From positions 1-36,868 of IMG/VR virus record IMGVR_UViG_3300023173_000043: a stretch of 36,868 bases of DNA. One strand, 5' to 3'. This document shows, in pieces, positions 1-8,163 of this stretch (position 1 is its first letter; each line of letters opens with the position of its first letter). A program made the position numbers and the translations under genes. The stretch is from a virus. Its lineage: Duplodnaviria > Caudoviricetes. The notes under the pieces were generated by a model. That model was not told the DNA's origin. It did not search any database and was given only the letters and a program-made list of their open reading frames with translations.

Positions 1-1137
1 AGGGCCACCTCCAGCCACGGGAACCTTGGCTATCTCATCGTCAACGTACCCCATAGTCGCGGCATGGGTTTCTGCCTCGGGATACTTAACGTGATACAGG
101 CCAAGCTCACCACCCGATGCGCTGATGTAAGTGCCGCCAGAACCCTTGATGCGGAAACTGTTAGCAACCTCGTTGGCCTCTGCCTTGCCCAGCTTGGTAT
201 CAACCAACGTCTGTTGCTGAACCTCACCCGCCTCAACTCGGCTTAAGATTTGAGCCTGTAATATCTCACCCTGCTCAACCCTCGCACCCAAGGGCGAACA
301 CGGGAGCCATGCATTCATTGCAAAGACAAACAACTCCAGCCGAACAGTGTCGTACCAGCACTGCCCTTCCTCTGAGTCAGCGGGGGCCGTGTCTGAGACA
401 ATCGTGCCAGGGGGAAGCTCACCCAGCTTGTCCTCTACCCACACCTCTGTGGCGTAGCCATCAAGGTTTACATCACCGGCCTCGATGTTGTTGATTGCGG
501 TGTAAAAGAATTCATTAACGTCACGCTGGTTATTGAGGTTATCAAGCTCTTCGGGCGTACCAATGAACTGGCCCTTGTCATTGCGGAAGGGGTTAGGGTT
601 TACAGCAATAAGGTCTGTAGTGATTTCCTTCCATGTTTTAGAACCGTCTGATCCTTCCCTGTAAGCAAGCCATTGGTCATTCATACTGCTGTTTGGCCTT
701 CTGACATAGCCAGTTAGGTCAACAGATCCACCAGAACCAGAGCCAGAGCCACCACCACCGCCAATTGCCTTGTAGTGAACCTCGCTTATAGTGCCGCCCT
801 CACTAAGAGGCATCTCCACCATGTAGCTCGAGCCGTCAGTCAGGTGCATCACGATGGCGTTGTCTACTTCCTGCTCAATGCGAGCAATGCCTACACCATC
901 GTCACCGTCCTTACCGTCCTTGCCGTCTTCCCCCTTCGGACCTTTATCGCCCTTTAGCCCACGATCACCCTTTGGCCCTTTGTCTCCTTTTGGACCTTGG
1001 ATGCCTTGACCGCCAACCTCGCCCTTCTCGCCTTTTTCTCCGGCGGGTCCGATTATTTTCTTGACTTCTCCAAGCTGAGACTTCTTGATCTCATCACGGA
1101 CAATCTGAAGTATTTGATAGAGGCTTAGATCACTCAC
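1..1137 (-). CDS. Collagen-repeat fibre-like virion protein, 3'-truncated by the window edge (absent from the ORF track)
   Basis: Manual translation: GTG at 1137 overlapping the portal stop, GAGGGAG RBS upstream, frame open to base 1. Contains ~17 Gly-X-Y triplets, a GGGGGSGSGSGGS linker, an 'EEGQCWYDT' motif and the fibre motif 'ATMGYVD'. Confidence 0.85.
   Translation of the reverse strand, partial: MSDLSLYQILQIVRDEIKKSQLGEVKKIIGPAGEKGEKGEVGGQGIQGPKGDKGPKGDRGLKGDKGPKGEDGKDGKDGDDGVGIARIEQEVDNAIVMHLTDGSSYMVEMPLSEGGTISEVHYKAIGGGGGSGSGSGGSVDLTGYVRRPNSSMNDQWLAYREGSDGSKTWKEITTDLIAVNPNPFRNDKGQFIGTPEELDNLNNQRDVNEFFYTAINNIEAGDVNLDGYATEVWVEDKLGELPPGTIVSDTAPADSEEGQCWYDTVRLELFVFAMNAWLPCSPLGARVEQGEILQAQILSRVEAGEVQQQTLVDTKLGKAEANEVANSFRIKGSGGTYISASGGELGLYHVKYPEAETHAATMGYVDDEIAKVPVAGGGP
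895..1050 (-). repeat. Collagen-like (Gly-X-Y)~17 coding repeat
   Basis: GPA GEK GEK GEV GGQ GIQ GPK GDK GPK GDR GLK GDK GPK GED GKD GKD GDD. Confidence 0.9.
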
Positions 1138-3139
1138 TGAAAGTTACTCCCTCTAGCATTTGTGCGTTTTGTCCTAGCATCTGCTGAAGTGCTTGCTGTT
1201 CATTTTGTTTTTGAAGCATTTGGTCTTTTGCCATTTGCATCTGCTGAAGTTTCTCTTCTCTTGCAATCTGGTGTTGCTCTTCCTTCATGAGCATTTCGGC
1301 AATTTTCAAACGCTTCTCAATGTCGTCGTCAGTCCTTCCGTCCTTGTCTGAATCCCCATACTTGAGGATGAGCTCTTGCGGATAAAGATCAGCCTCGGCG
1401 CGATACTTATCGGCCCGTGCCGCTGACTCCTCGGCCTGACCCTGAATAGCTCGGATCTGCGCCTCTTGCAGTGCCATCTGAATTTGTTGAATTTGTTGCT
1501 GTTGTTGCTGTGCCTCGGGGTTGGGCTGGCCCATCCCATCAATGGCGGCTAGTAACTTATCCTTAGACGTTACGTTCAGGTGTTCAACGATGGCTCTCAT
1601 GATGACTGAGTGCAAAGGAGAATCCGGCGGAGTAACTTGAAGGATCTGCGCTAGCTGACCCACCTCATATTCCCGCGCAATCACGCCTAAACTACTGACA
1701 ACCGTGAAGGTAAAGTCCTTGACCGGGTAAGTCTCTGGATCGTATTGCTGATATCGCCACGCCAGCTTCTTAATCAAGGGCTTAAAGAAACTCTCTTGAA
1801 AGTTCACCAAGGTTCGGCGTTGACGCTTCATCACCGCACCCATCGACATGGAAATACCTGCCGCTGTGGTGTCTGAGCTCGGACCTTGGGCTAACTGTGC
1901 GCTATCAACCGCACCCGTTGCCTGTTGAACCATCAACTGAAGGGCTTGTGCCTGACCAAAAGTAATCTGATTAACCTGACCAAAGTTAAATGGCATCAGC
2001 GATTCAGCCGGATTGCCGTTGGTCAAGATCATCTTGCCAGGTCTTACTTCAAAACGGGAATCGCGGGGCATCTTTGCCGCATCCACCGCCATCATCGGGT
2101 GGGTAGTCAGTGCGAGGGCATCAATACGTGCGCGCATTTCCGCATCAAGAGCCTTCTGGCTCATGTAACCCTTCTCGCATACCCCGCGACCCCAAAACCT
2201 ACCGGGAACCTTGTCCCAGCTAAAGGCCGTAATCGGTCTGTCCTGACACATATAAGGATTAGGAAGGGCTTTTAGGATCTCACCATCGGCAATCACCACT
2301 ATAGCCTCAACAAACTCGCCCTTCTCCTCGATATCTTCCTCACTTACCCCTGCTTCCTTAAGAAGATCACGGGGTACGTGGCCGTAGTACCGCTTAACCC
2401 GAATTGTTCCCTCTGGCTGGACTACTAACTCGGCATCCTTTGCCAAATCTAGGTCAGCGGCGTCTGAATTAAGGAGAACATCACGGTAAACACCCTGCTC
2501 AATCAGCATTTTTACGCTGTGTAGGCTTACCATCTCGTCAACACACACGCCCTGAGCACTTGAAATGCACGTAGCACTGGGCTCAATCAAGAAATTCTTA
2601 GGCAAAATGGGCTTAAGGCGGATAAGAGGGCGGGTAACCTTCTCAACCCCGTACTCTCCTAGCTGTGCGCCCTCCATTCCGTCCATCGGGCGGGTGACAG
2701 GGCGGTATTCCGTAGACTCTTCAATGACTAACTCACCAATTCCCGTCCCGTAGACCGCAGAATTGATCAAAATTTCCCCAATAGCAGGTCGGACATTGGC
2801 TCTTTCAAAGTCTTTGTGGAGTAATTTCTGGATTAACGCGACATCCTGGGGGTTTTCATCGTCATCATCTAGCTCAAACAGGGTGCTCTGAGAGAATGTG
2901 GCTGTCTCAATCTCCGCAACATTGCTCTCTACGGCTTGCTGTAGCGCAGGCGCAATCAGTCGAGACCGCTCACTGTCACGAGTACGGTCTTCCTCTGTCC
3001 AGATTCCACGCCAAAGCCTGAAATACTCATCATGGGTATTCAGGTAGTTGTTTTCGTAGTGATGTCTCCACGATTCCGTAAGGTCAAAGACCCAATCGTG
3101 AAGATCCTCTTGGATTGCAATGTGATCTAAGTCTTCCAT
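1130..3139 (-). CDS. Portal protein (podovirus/P22-like, Q-rich C-terminal coiled coil)
   Basis: 669 aa directly after terL; motifs 'VYGTGIG', 'PGRFWGRGVCEK', 'RARIDALAL'; helical Q-rich C-terminus. Confidence 0.9.
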   Translation of the reverse strand: MEDLDHIAIQEDLHDWVFDLTESWRHHYENNYLNTHDEYFRLWRGIWTEEDRTRDSERSRLIAPALQQAVESNVAEIETATFSQSTLFELDDDDENPQDVALIQKLLHKDFERANVRPAIGEILINSAVYGTGIGELVIEESTEYRPVTRPMDGMEGAQLGEYGVEKVTRPLIRLKPILPKNFLIEPSATCISSAQGVCVDEMVSLHSVKMLIEQGVYRDVLLNSDAADLDLAKDAELVVQPEGTIRVKRYYGHVPRDLLKEAGVSEEDIEEKGEFVEAIVVIADGEILKALPNPYMCQDRPITAFSWDKVPGRFWGRGVCEKGYMSQKALDAEMRARIDALALTTHPMMAVDAAKMPRDSRFEVRPGKMILTNGNPAESLMPFNFGQVNQITFGQAQALQLMVQQATGAVDSAQLAQGPSSDTTAAGISMSMGAVMKRQRRTLVNFQESFFKPLIKKLAWRYQQYDPETYPVKDFTFTVVSSLGVIAREYEVGQLAQILQVTPPDSPLHSVIMRAIVEHLNVTSKDKLLAAIDGMGQPNPEAQQQQQQIQQIQMALQEAQIRAIQGQAEESAARADKYRAEADLYPQELILKYGDSDKDGRTDDDIEKRLKIAEMLMKEEQHQIAREEKLQQMQMAKDQMLQKQNEQQALQQMLGQNAQMLEGVTFSE

Positions 3140-4393
3140 TTAGTATCCAGCCACGGCGTCGAGAGGTTCGTAGTCGTCATTGTCAAAATCAGTCCTTGTG
3201 TAGTAAGGAACACGGGCCATCTGGTCTACATAACTGAGCGCATCAATAAGATCATCATGAACTAAGACAGAAGGGAAATTTCCTGCTTCATCTTCAAATC
3301 GGGCGTTCCACGCGCCTTTCTTGAGGTGAATAAGCCTGTTCTCAAATCGACCTGCCAGAGCCCACAAAATGCGGTCTTCTTTCTTTTGGTTGCCGTGAGA
3401 TAAGGGTTCCAGCCTGAACACCCTGCTAGTGCGGCGCATCATGTCCTGTAGCGGAGAAAACACCGCCTGTTGTGCTATCCCCTTCTCAATACCTGTGATA
3501 ACAGGCCGGTGCTTTTCTACGGTGCTAAAGATATTTTTAGCTGTATCATCAAGAGACCACTGACCGTGGATGATATCTTCAACGTACCAGTGACCTTCAT
3601 CGTTGACGTACACCACAGCAATGGCTGAGTCGTCACGCTTCTTAGACTTACGCATCCCCACGTTTTTAAATCCAGCTAAGTCAATGCCTAGATAAACGTC
3701 ATACCTTCCTTGGGGTCTTTCTTCGTAGTAATCAAAGCTATCTGGACTGAAGTGTCCTTGCGTCTTAGCGTCAAAGGACGCCATGTACTCTTGTAAGAAG
3801 GCGTAATTAGGAAGGGTGCTTCTTGCGTGTTCGATCTCCTCCCTATCCACTATCGGATTATCAAAGGAGGTGTAGTGGAAGTGAGCCCAATCTTTCCAGT
3901 CGTGAGCACCCAAATAAAGATCATAAAAATGGTTCCGGCCTTCGGGGGTTCCGATAAACAACGCCGTGCCTTTCCTATCAGATAACGCAGGACGCAAGAT
4001 ACTTTCAAATACATCTGGCTTCATGAACGCATATTCGTCCATGACCAAATGCTTTAAGCTAACACCCCGCAATGTGTCCGGCCTGTCTGCGCCCTTTAGG
4101 TGAATCTTGTGCCCACCGTGCAAGGTTAGCTCCAGATTGTTAATGTTTTGGTGGGTAATAAACTGACCGGCTACCTCATACAAGGTATTCCACATAACGT
4201 CCCGCGCTTGACCTTGGGTCGGAGCCACGTAAAAGACCTTGCCAGGCTTTCCATTAAGGGCAGATAGAATCAGGCTTACCGCCGCCAGATAGGACTTTCC
4301 CGTCCGTCTACCAGCGGCAATCACCTTAAATCGGGCGGCGTTCGAAAGAACGTCCCGTTGCCAATCCAATAGCGATAGGTCTAAGGTTTCCAC
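3140..4393 (-). CDS. terL: Terminase large subunit
   Basis: Walker A 'AAGRRTGKS', Walker B 'LVMDE', 'GTPEG' coupling motif, nuclease motifs 'GIDLAG' and 'HDDLIDAL'. Confidence 0.95.
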   Translation of the reverse strand: METLDLSLLDWQRDVLSNAARFKVIAAGRRTGKSYLAAVSLILSALNGKPGKVFYVAPTQGQARDVMWNTLYEVAGQFITHQNINNLELTLHGGHKIHLKGADRPDTLRGVSLKHLVMDEYAFMKPDVFESILRPALSDRKGTALFIGTPEGRNHFYDLYLGAHDWKDWAHFHYTSFDNPIVDREEIEHARSTLPNYAFLQEYMASFDAKTQGHFSPDSFDYYEERPQGRYDVYLGIDLAGFKNVGMRKSKKRDDSAIAVVYVNDEGHWYVEDIIHGQWSLDDTAKNIFSTVEKHRPVITGIEKGIAQQAVFSPLQDMMRRTSRVFRLEPLSHGNQKKEDRILWALAGRFENRLIHLKKGAWNARFEDEAGNFPSVLVHDDLIDALSYVDQMARVPYYTRTDFDNDDYEPLDAVAGY

Positions 4394-4397
4394 CTAC

Positions 4398-4629
4398 CTA
4401 GCCCTTCTTTCGCGGGGGGCCATATCCCCGTCCTTTTCCGTGGGCAGATTTTGCAGGGCTCTTTCCATCTTTTCGAGTTCTATCCCATCCGCCGCCTTTT
4501 GGCGGAGTTTTATTCAAGACTTTTACGATCTTGCCACAGCCCCGCTTACACTTCTTCCTAGCCTCAGCCGCAGAATTAGCGTATATGCCGGTATTACGAC
4601 CGACCCTCGAAGAAATACAATTTCGTCAA
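4398..4629 (-). pseudogene. Small basic protein gene with an apparent 1-nt frameshift (sequence error or pseudogene)
   Basis: GGAGG RBS plus TTG at 4629 gives MTKLYFFEG; the +1 frame continues GRNTGIYANSAAEARKKCKRGCGK...GYGPPRKKG* to 4398; span is 232 nt (3n+1). Confidence 0.55.
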
Positions 4630-4676
4630 GGGGAGCACCCTCCTGCTGGCCGCGCCAACTGCCTTTGGACCAATTA

Positions 4677-5024
4677 CTAATCCTCTTCGATATCCAAGAT
4701 TTCACCATGCCCATTCGGGGCATATATGTCTTCGGCATCGGATACCGTCTTTTCTTCTATCTTCGCTTCCAAACCCGAGATGTTAATTTGAATGGCCGAT
4801 CCACCATGATTCGGAATGCTTGAAAAAGAAACCTGGGGAAGAAGTCTGCTAGAAACCTCCTTGATCGCAACGTGCTGACACTTATGGTCATCATCCATTG
4901 CTGTCTGAAAAAGGAAATCGACAAACTCCTCTACCCGATCATTCGACAAAAACCTCGATTTCATCCGGTGAAGCTGGTCAGACATCTCCATCTTCGTTAA
5001 TGCTCGGATATGTTTCTGAGGCAT
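4677..5024 (-). CDS. Probable terminase small subunit
   Basis: Upstream of terL; 'AMDDDHKCQ..AIK....RLLP...IQINISGL' pattern recalled from TerS-position genes of marine podoviruses. Confidence 0.65.
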   Translation of the reverse strand: MPQKHIRALTKMEMSDQLHRMKSRFLSNDRVEEFVDFLFQTAMDDDHKCQHVAIKEVSSRLLPQVSFSSIPNHGGSAIQINISGLEAKIEEKTVSDAEDIYAPNGHGEILDIEED

Positions 5025-5059
5025 TTTCCTAAAAACCTTACAATTCGGCCTGAGAAGCC

Positions 5060-5088
5060 CTTATAAGGGTAATTAGGGGGGATAGCAA
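5060..5088 (-). promoter_or_regulatory. Sigma70-like promoter upstream of terS
   Basis: TTGCTA-17nt-TATAAG on minus; the -10 lies within the perfect palindrome CCCTTATAAGGG (5058-5069). Confidence 0.45.
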
Positions 5089-5281
5089 GTGTAAACGAGG
5101 GGTTTGCTAGTCTTTTTCTTTTTTTGCTACTGGAGCCCTCTGGTGGCTTTGTAGGCCATGTGTCGCTTTTGGCTACATGTTCTACGTGGAACATTCGGTT
5201 TATTCGATAAAAATTAAGTTATTGATCTGGAAGGTAGATCAATTCTATTTTCTTTTTTGAAAGTTGAGGTGGGTACTATCA

Positions 5282-5434
5282 ATTGTGCGAAGTACTGACC
5301 CCTCCCTCGGGGTCTATCCCGGTCAGAACGGACGTTTCTGCTGACATTCATAGGATCAATCCTAAGGGATTGACCTATTCACCAGCAGAATGTCCTTATC
5401 TTCCGTGGGATAGGCCCTCGGTCAGTACCATAAT
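5282..5434 (+). repeat. Long imperfect inverted repeat (~150-nt hairpin)
   Basis: Nested pairs GTACTGACC/GGTCAGTAC, GGGTCTATCCC/GGGATAGGCCC, TTCTGCTG/CAGCAGAA, ATAGG/CCTAT, TCAATCC/GGATTGA. Confidence 0.8.
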
Positions 5435-5543
5435 GGAATTAAGTAGACCGCGTGGATCGTGTAGGCTGAGAAATAGGAGTGTGAATGGGGGAAGGAGCCA
5501 CCGAAGGTAAATAACAACACCATCACGGAGGGTTATCGCTCGT

Positions 5544-5652
5544 GTATTGAAAAATAACCCAACCGTAAATTATCCGTAAGACGGATAATTATAAAGAAGT
5601 CGCCGGATTGCTCCGGCTCCATCTTATATACGGTTGAGTCATTTGTCAATAC
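5544..5652 (-). promoter_or_regulatory. Branched stem-loop containing a consensus sigma70 promoter (Frpo/sso-like)
   Basis: 25-bp stem with 3 mismatches (5544-5567 with 5629-5652) plus two inner hairpins; minus strand reads TTGACA(5649-5644)-17nt-TAAGAT(5626-5621). Confidence 0.7.
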
Positions 5653-5664
5653 GTCTCGCTACTC

Positions 5665-5739
5665 GTATCCCTTCGGGATACAGAAACCTTCGGTTTCCAT
5701 TCGCCAAAAAGGAATCTTACGCACCTGCTCCGCAGGCGC
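5665..5739 (-). other. Cluster of three mini-hairpins with C-GNA-G triloops on the minus strand
   Basis: Minus strand: GTATCCC-GAA-GGGATAC, GAAACC-GAA-GGTTTC, CCTGC-GGA-GCAGG. Confidence 0.8.
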
Positions 5740-6242
5740 AGTCATTGGACTGGCGTTAAGCCTATGGCTTATCGCGTGTCCATGACGGCTCAAGCTAGCC
5801 CAGATCATCCCCGGCAAAACCAGCCGATCAAGATGTTTCGTTGCAACGTTCTTTGTCTTACCCGCCCAGATGGGACTTTAATAGATTCTCCCCGGCTGGA
5901 TTTCCCGGCTCTGTCTGAGCGAGCTTTATCCCTCTTGGTAGTTGTAATCGTATAGCCGACGCCTGATCTGATTCATATCTGGATTGTTCAGGTTTTCTGA
6001 CCATTTTTCGCGCCATTGGGAAGCGGCTAATATCCCAGCAGAGCCCCCGGCAAATCAAGGGTCGGAAAAATAGCGGTCTCCCAGCAGATATTCCGGCATA
6101 AATCCCTTCGGGATTTGCCTCCATTTATCTGCTGTGACCCTCCGCGATTTTTCCGAGTCCTGCGGACCAAGCCCTTGATTTACCGGTGTCTCCGTGGGAA
6201 TTGCCGCTTCAGCCAATGTCGGCTGAAAAATGGAGAAAACCC

Positions 6243-6530
6243 ATGAACAATCCAGATTTGAACCAGGGCGTCGCCTATACGAACAACTACAGCAAGAGCG
6301 ACAAATCTCCCTCACACAGAGGGGAAATCAACATCCGAGGAGAGATCTTTAAAGTCTCCATCTGGACAGGCAAGACAAAGAACGGCAACGAATACATCTC
6401 GATGCGGTTTCAAGATCCAGTCGAGGCTGATCTGGCCCAGCTTGAGGCCCTCAAGGAGAAGTACGAAAATAAGCCGGAGGCTGAACGCATCAGTCACAAT
6501 GACGATCACCGGCAGGAGAAGGAGGCGTAA
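6243..6530 (+). CDS. Small DUF736-like beta-rich protein, putative ssDNA-binding; first early gene
   Basis: GGAG RBS plus ATG at 6243; 'NQGVAYTN...KSPSHRGEINIRGEIFKVSIWTGKTKNGNEYISMRF' matches the recalled phage P-x-Y/H-x-G...W...G..Y/F.S family. Confidence 0.7.
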   Translation: MNNPDLNQGVAYTNNYSKSDKSPSHRGEINIRGEIFKVSIWTGKTKNGNEYISMRFQDPVEADLAQLEALKEKYENKPEAERISHNDDHRQEKEA

Positions 6531-6543
6531 GCCTCCTTTTTTT
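6521..6543 (+). terminator. Rho-independent terminator
   Basis: GGAGGC-GTAA-GCCTCC followed by T7. Confidence 0.85.
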
Positions 6544-6741
6544 GCTCATGAGAAACCTTCAAGCAACCAACCCGCTAACCATCATTGACCATCCAACCAC
6601 CCGGAAGGATGGGAAATGTGGAGATGTGGAGATGCGTCTTGTGCCAACTCGCACACGACACACGCAACACACCAAAGATGTGCCACAACGCAAGATACCT
6701 GGCACGTTGCAACACTTACTATCCAACTAAGGAGAAATACC

Positions 6742-7134
6742 ATGGGACTAGATCAATACGCATTTGCAACCCGCGAAGCCATTGGCACTGAAGATAAAAC
6801 ACCAAAAGAAATAGGCGATGGCTTTTACTGGCGCAAACACGCCAAGCTACAGGCATTCTTTGATAGTGCTGTCAGCGCGGGTGAGGTAGAGCTCTTCAAT
6901 AAAGACGATACCTTCAACTGTAACCCCATCAAGCTCACACTTGAGGTCGTGAAAACACTTGAGCGTGTGCTCAATAACAGAGGTCTGCCTGAATCTTATG
7001 GTGGTTTCTTCTTTGGTCATCAGTTCCAAGATGAATCTGCTCTTGAGTACAGGGAACAAGACCTTGCCTTCTGTAAGTGGGCCGAGAAATCTATCAAGAA
7101 AGGCCACCATGTTTACTACGACTGCTGGTATTAA
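6742..7134 (+). CDS. Conserved phage hypothetical protein (MGLDQY...YWRKH...GFFFG family)
   Basis: TAAGGAG RBS before ATG 6742; recognisable motifs. Confidence 0.8.
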   Translation: MGLDQYAFATREAIGTEDKTPKEIGDGFYWRKHAKLQAFFDSAVSAGEVELFNKDDTFNCNPIKLTLEVVKTLERVLNNRGLPESYGGFFFGHQFQDESALEYREQDLAFCKWAEKSIKKGHHVYYDCWY

Positions 7135-7144
7135 GGAGGAGCAC

Positions 7145-7363
7145 ATGGCTACGTATGAGCTTTATTACAACGAACATTTGGTATGTGCTGAATGCGGTAA
7201 GCAGGACTACCACATGAACTTTTCCTTTCACCTACCAGAAGCCAATCTGTACGACGACGAAGAGTGTGCAACTTGGTGCCATATTTGTGAAACAGAAGCC
7301 AGCTTGCTCGAAGACTGGGAATACGAACTCAAACAGAAATCTTTAAAGGAGAACAAGCAATGA
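7145..7363 (+). CDS. Hypothetical Zn-ribbon protein
   Basis: TAAGGAGG RBS; CAEC...CHIC. Confidence 0.75.
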   Translation: MATYELYYNEHLVCAECGKQDYHMNFSFHLPEANLYDDEECATWCHICETEASLLEDWEYELKQKSLKENKQ

Positions 7364-7794
7364 GAAAAGACTACTTGTGTTTTGTTTCAATGGGCATGGG
7401 CTCTTGCTGGGGATACGGCGAGACACCTGCCGAAGCCGTTAGCTATATGCTAATAGAAATCAATGATTGGGCTGATTACTACAAAGTATCCGACATCTAT
7501 ATACCTTCAACCATCTATGACCTCACTGAGTACGGTGGATTTGTTGCTGATCACAGAGGTTTATACGGTCAACTGCCGGGCGATGGCGAAGGGGAGATGC
7601 AATACTCCGAGAAACCCCTTGAGCCCTCCCAATATGCCCTGTCCAAAACACCCAAAACAAGAACAAAAAACGGTCGATGGTCAGAGCTTAAGTCTTTGAG
7701 GTCAGCCCTAACAACACACTTCTACCCAACCTATAACGAGGTCATGGAAGCTAAAGACCAAGCACAAAAGGAAGCAAATGATGGAGATAAGTGA
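7360..7794 (+). CDS. Hypothetical protein
   Basis: ATGA overlap, AGGAG RBS, 144 aa. Confidence 0.75.
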   Translation: MRKDYLCFVSMGMGSCWGYGETPAEAVSYMLIEINDWADYYKVSDIYIPSTIYDLTEYGGFVADHRGLYGQLPGDGEGEMQYSEKPLEPSQYALSKTPKTRTKNGRWSELKSLRSALTTHFYPTYNEVMEAKDQAQKEANDGDK

Positions 7795-8002
7795 AGAGCC
7801 AAAGACAAAGTATTACGTTCAGTTTTATTCCATAAAAGATTGCAAATGGATAACGCTTCATAAATATCAATACTATTTTGATGCCGTTATTTATCTTGGA
7901 CAGGTGATGAAGTCTTCACCCAAAGAAGATCATCGCGTACTGAAAGTTAATAGCGAAACTGCCATCGAAGTTCCATCAATTGATAAAGAACTAATGGAAT
8001 AA
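7778..8002 (+). CDS. Hypothetical protein
   Basis: Overlaps the preceding gene, AAGGA RBS. Confidence 0.65.
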   Translation: MMEISEEPKTKYYVQFYSIKDCKWITLHKYQYYFDAVIYLGQVMKSSPKEDHRVLKVNSETAIEVPSIDKELME

Positions 8003-8163
8003 ATAAAGCCGAGCGGCAACACATAATTAACGACACATACTATGTCGATGTCGTGAAATGATAACCGAAAGATAGTGCATCTTTGGCATTCTTGGTGCAT
8101 TATTAGCAATGTTAGTCACACATGGGCTAACTTAAACAACTGTCAATATTATGGAGAAACATT

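Larger units (their letters stand above)
5692..6557. repeat. Giant imperfect inverted repeat (~420-450-nt arms, centre ~6108)
   Basis: Continuous collinear complementary blocks, e.g. ATCTGGATTGTTCA/TGAACAATCCAGAT, CGTTCTTTGTCTT/AAGACAAAGAACG, AAATCAAGGG/CCCTTGATTT, TCGGAAAAA/TTTTTCCGA, CAGCAGATA/TATCTGCTG. Confidence 0.95.

Noticed and set aside
5665-6116. Reading the CTTCGG hairpins as plus-strand RNA cUUCGg tetraloops of an ncRNA
   Set aside because: The stems are perfect only with 3-nt loops (TTC, i.e. GAA on minus), sister hairpins have TCC/TGC loops, and the mismatch bias favours the minus strand.
5200-6240. tRNA or other known structured RNA gene in the large intergenic region
   Set aside because: No cloverleaf, T-loop or CCA signature recognised; an Infernal/Rfam scan would be needed to exclude other families.
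5764-6315. ORFs 5764-5955(+), 5858-6124(-) and 6055-6315(-)
   Set aside because: No convincing RBS or protein-like composition; by-products of the inverted repeat.
5692-6557. Giant inverted repeat as a fold-back sequencing chimera or a simple inverted gene duplication
   Set aside because: Differences between the arms are dense, strand-biased and include self-folding insertions, while the gene arm is intact. This is not the pattern of random error or neutral decay, though read-level confirmation is still needed.
6542-6741. Cys/His-rich short ORFs and AC-rich tract after the terminator
   Set aside because: Three overlapping frames with no clear best candidate; the strong RBS points to ATG 6742.
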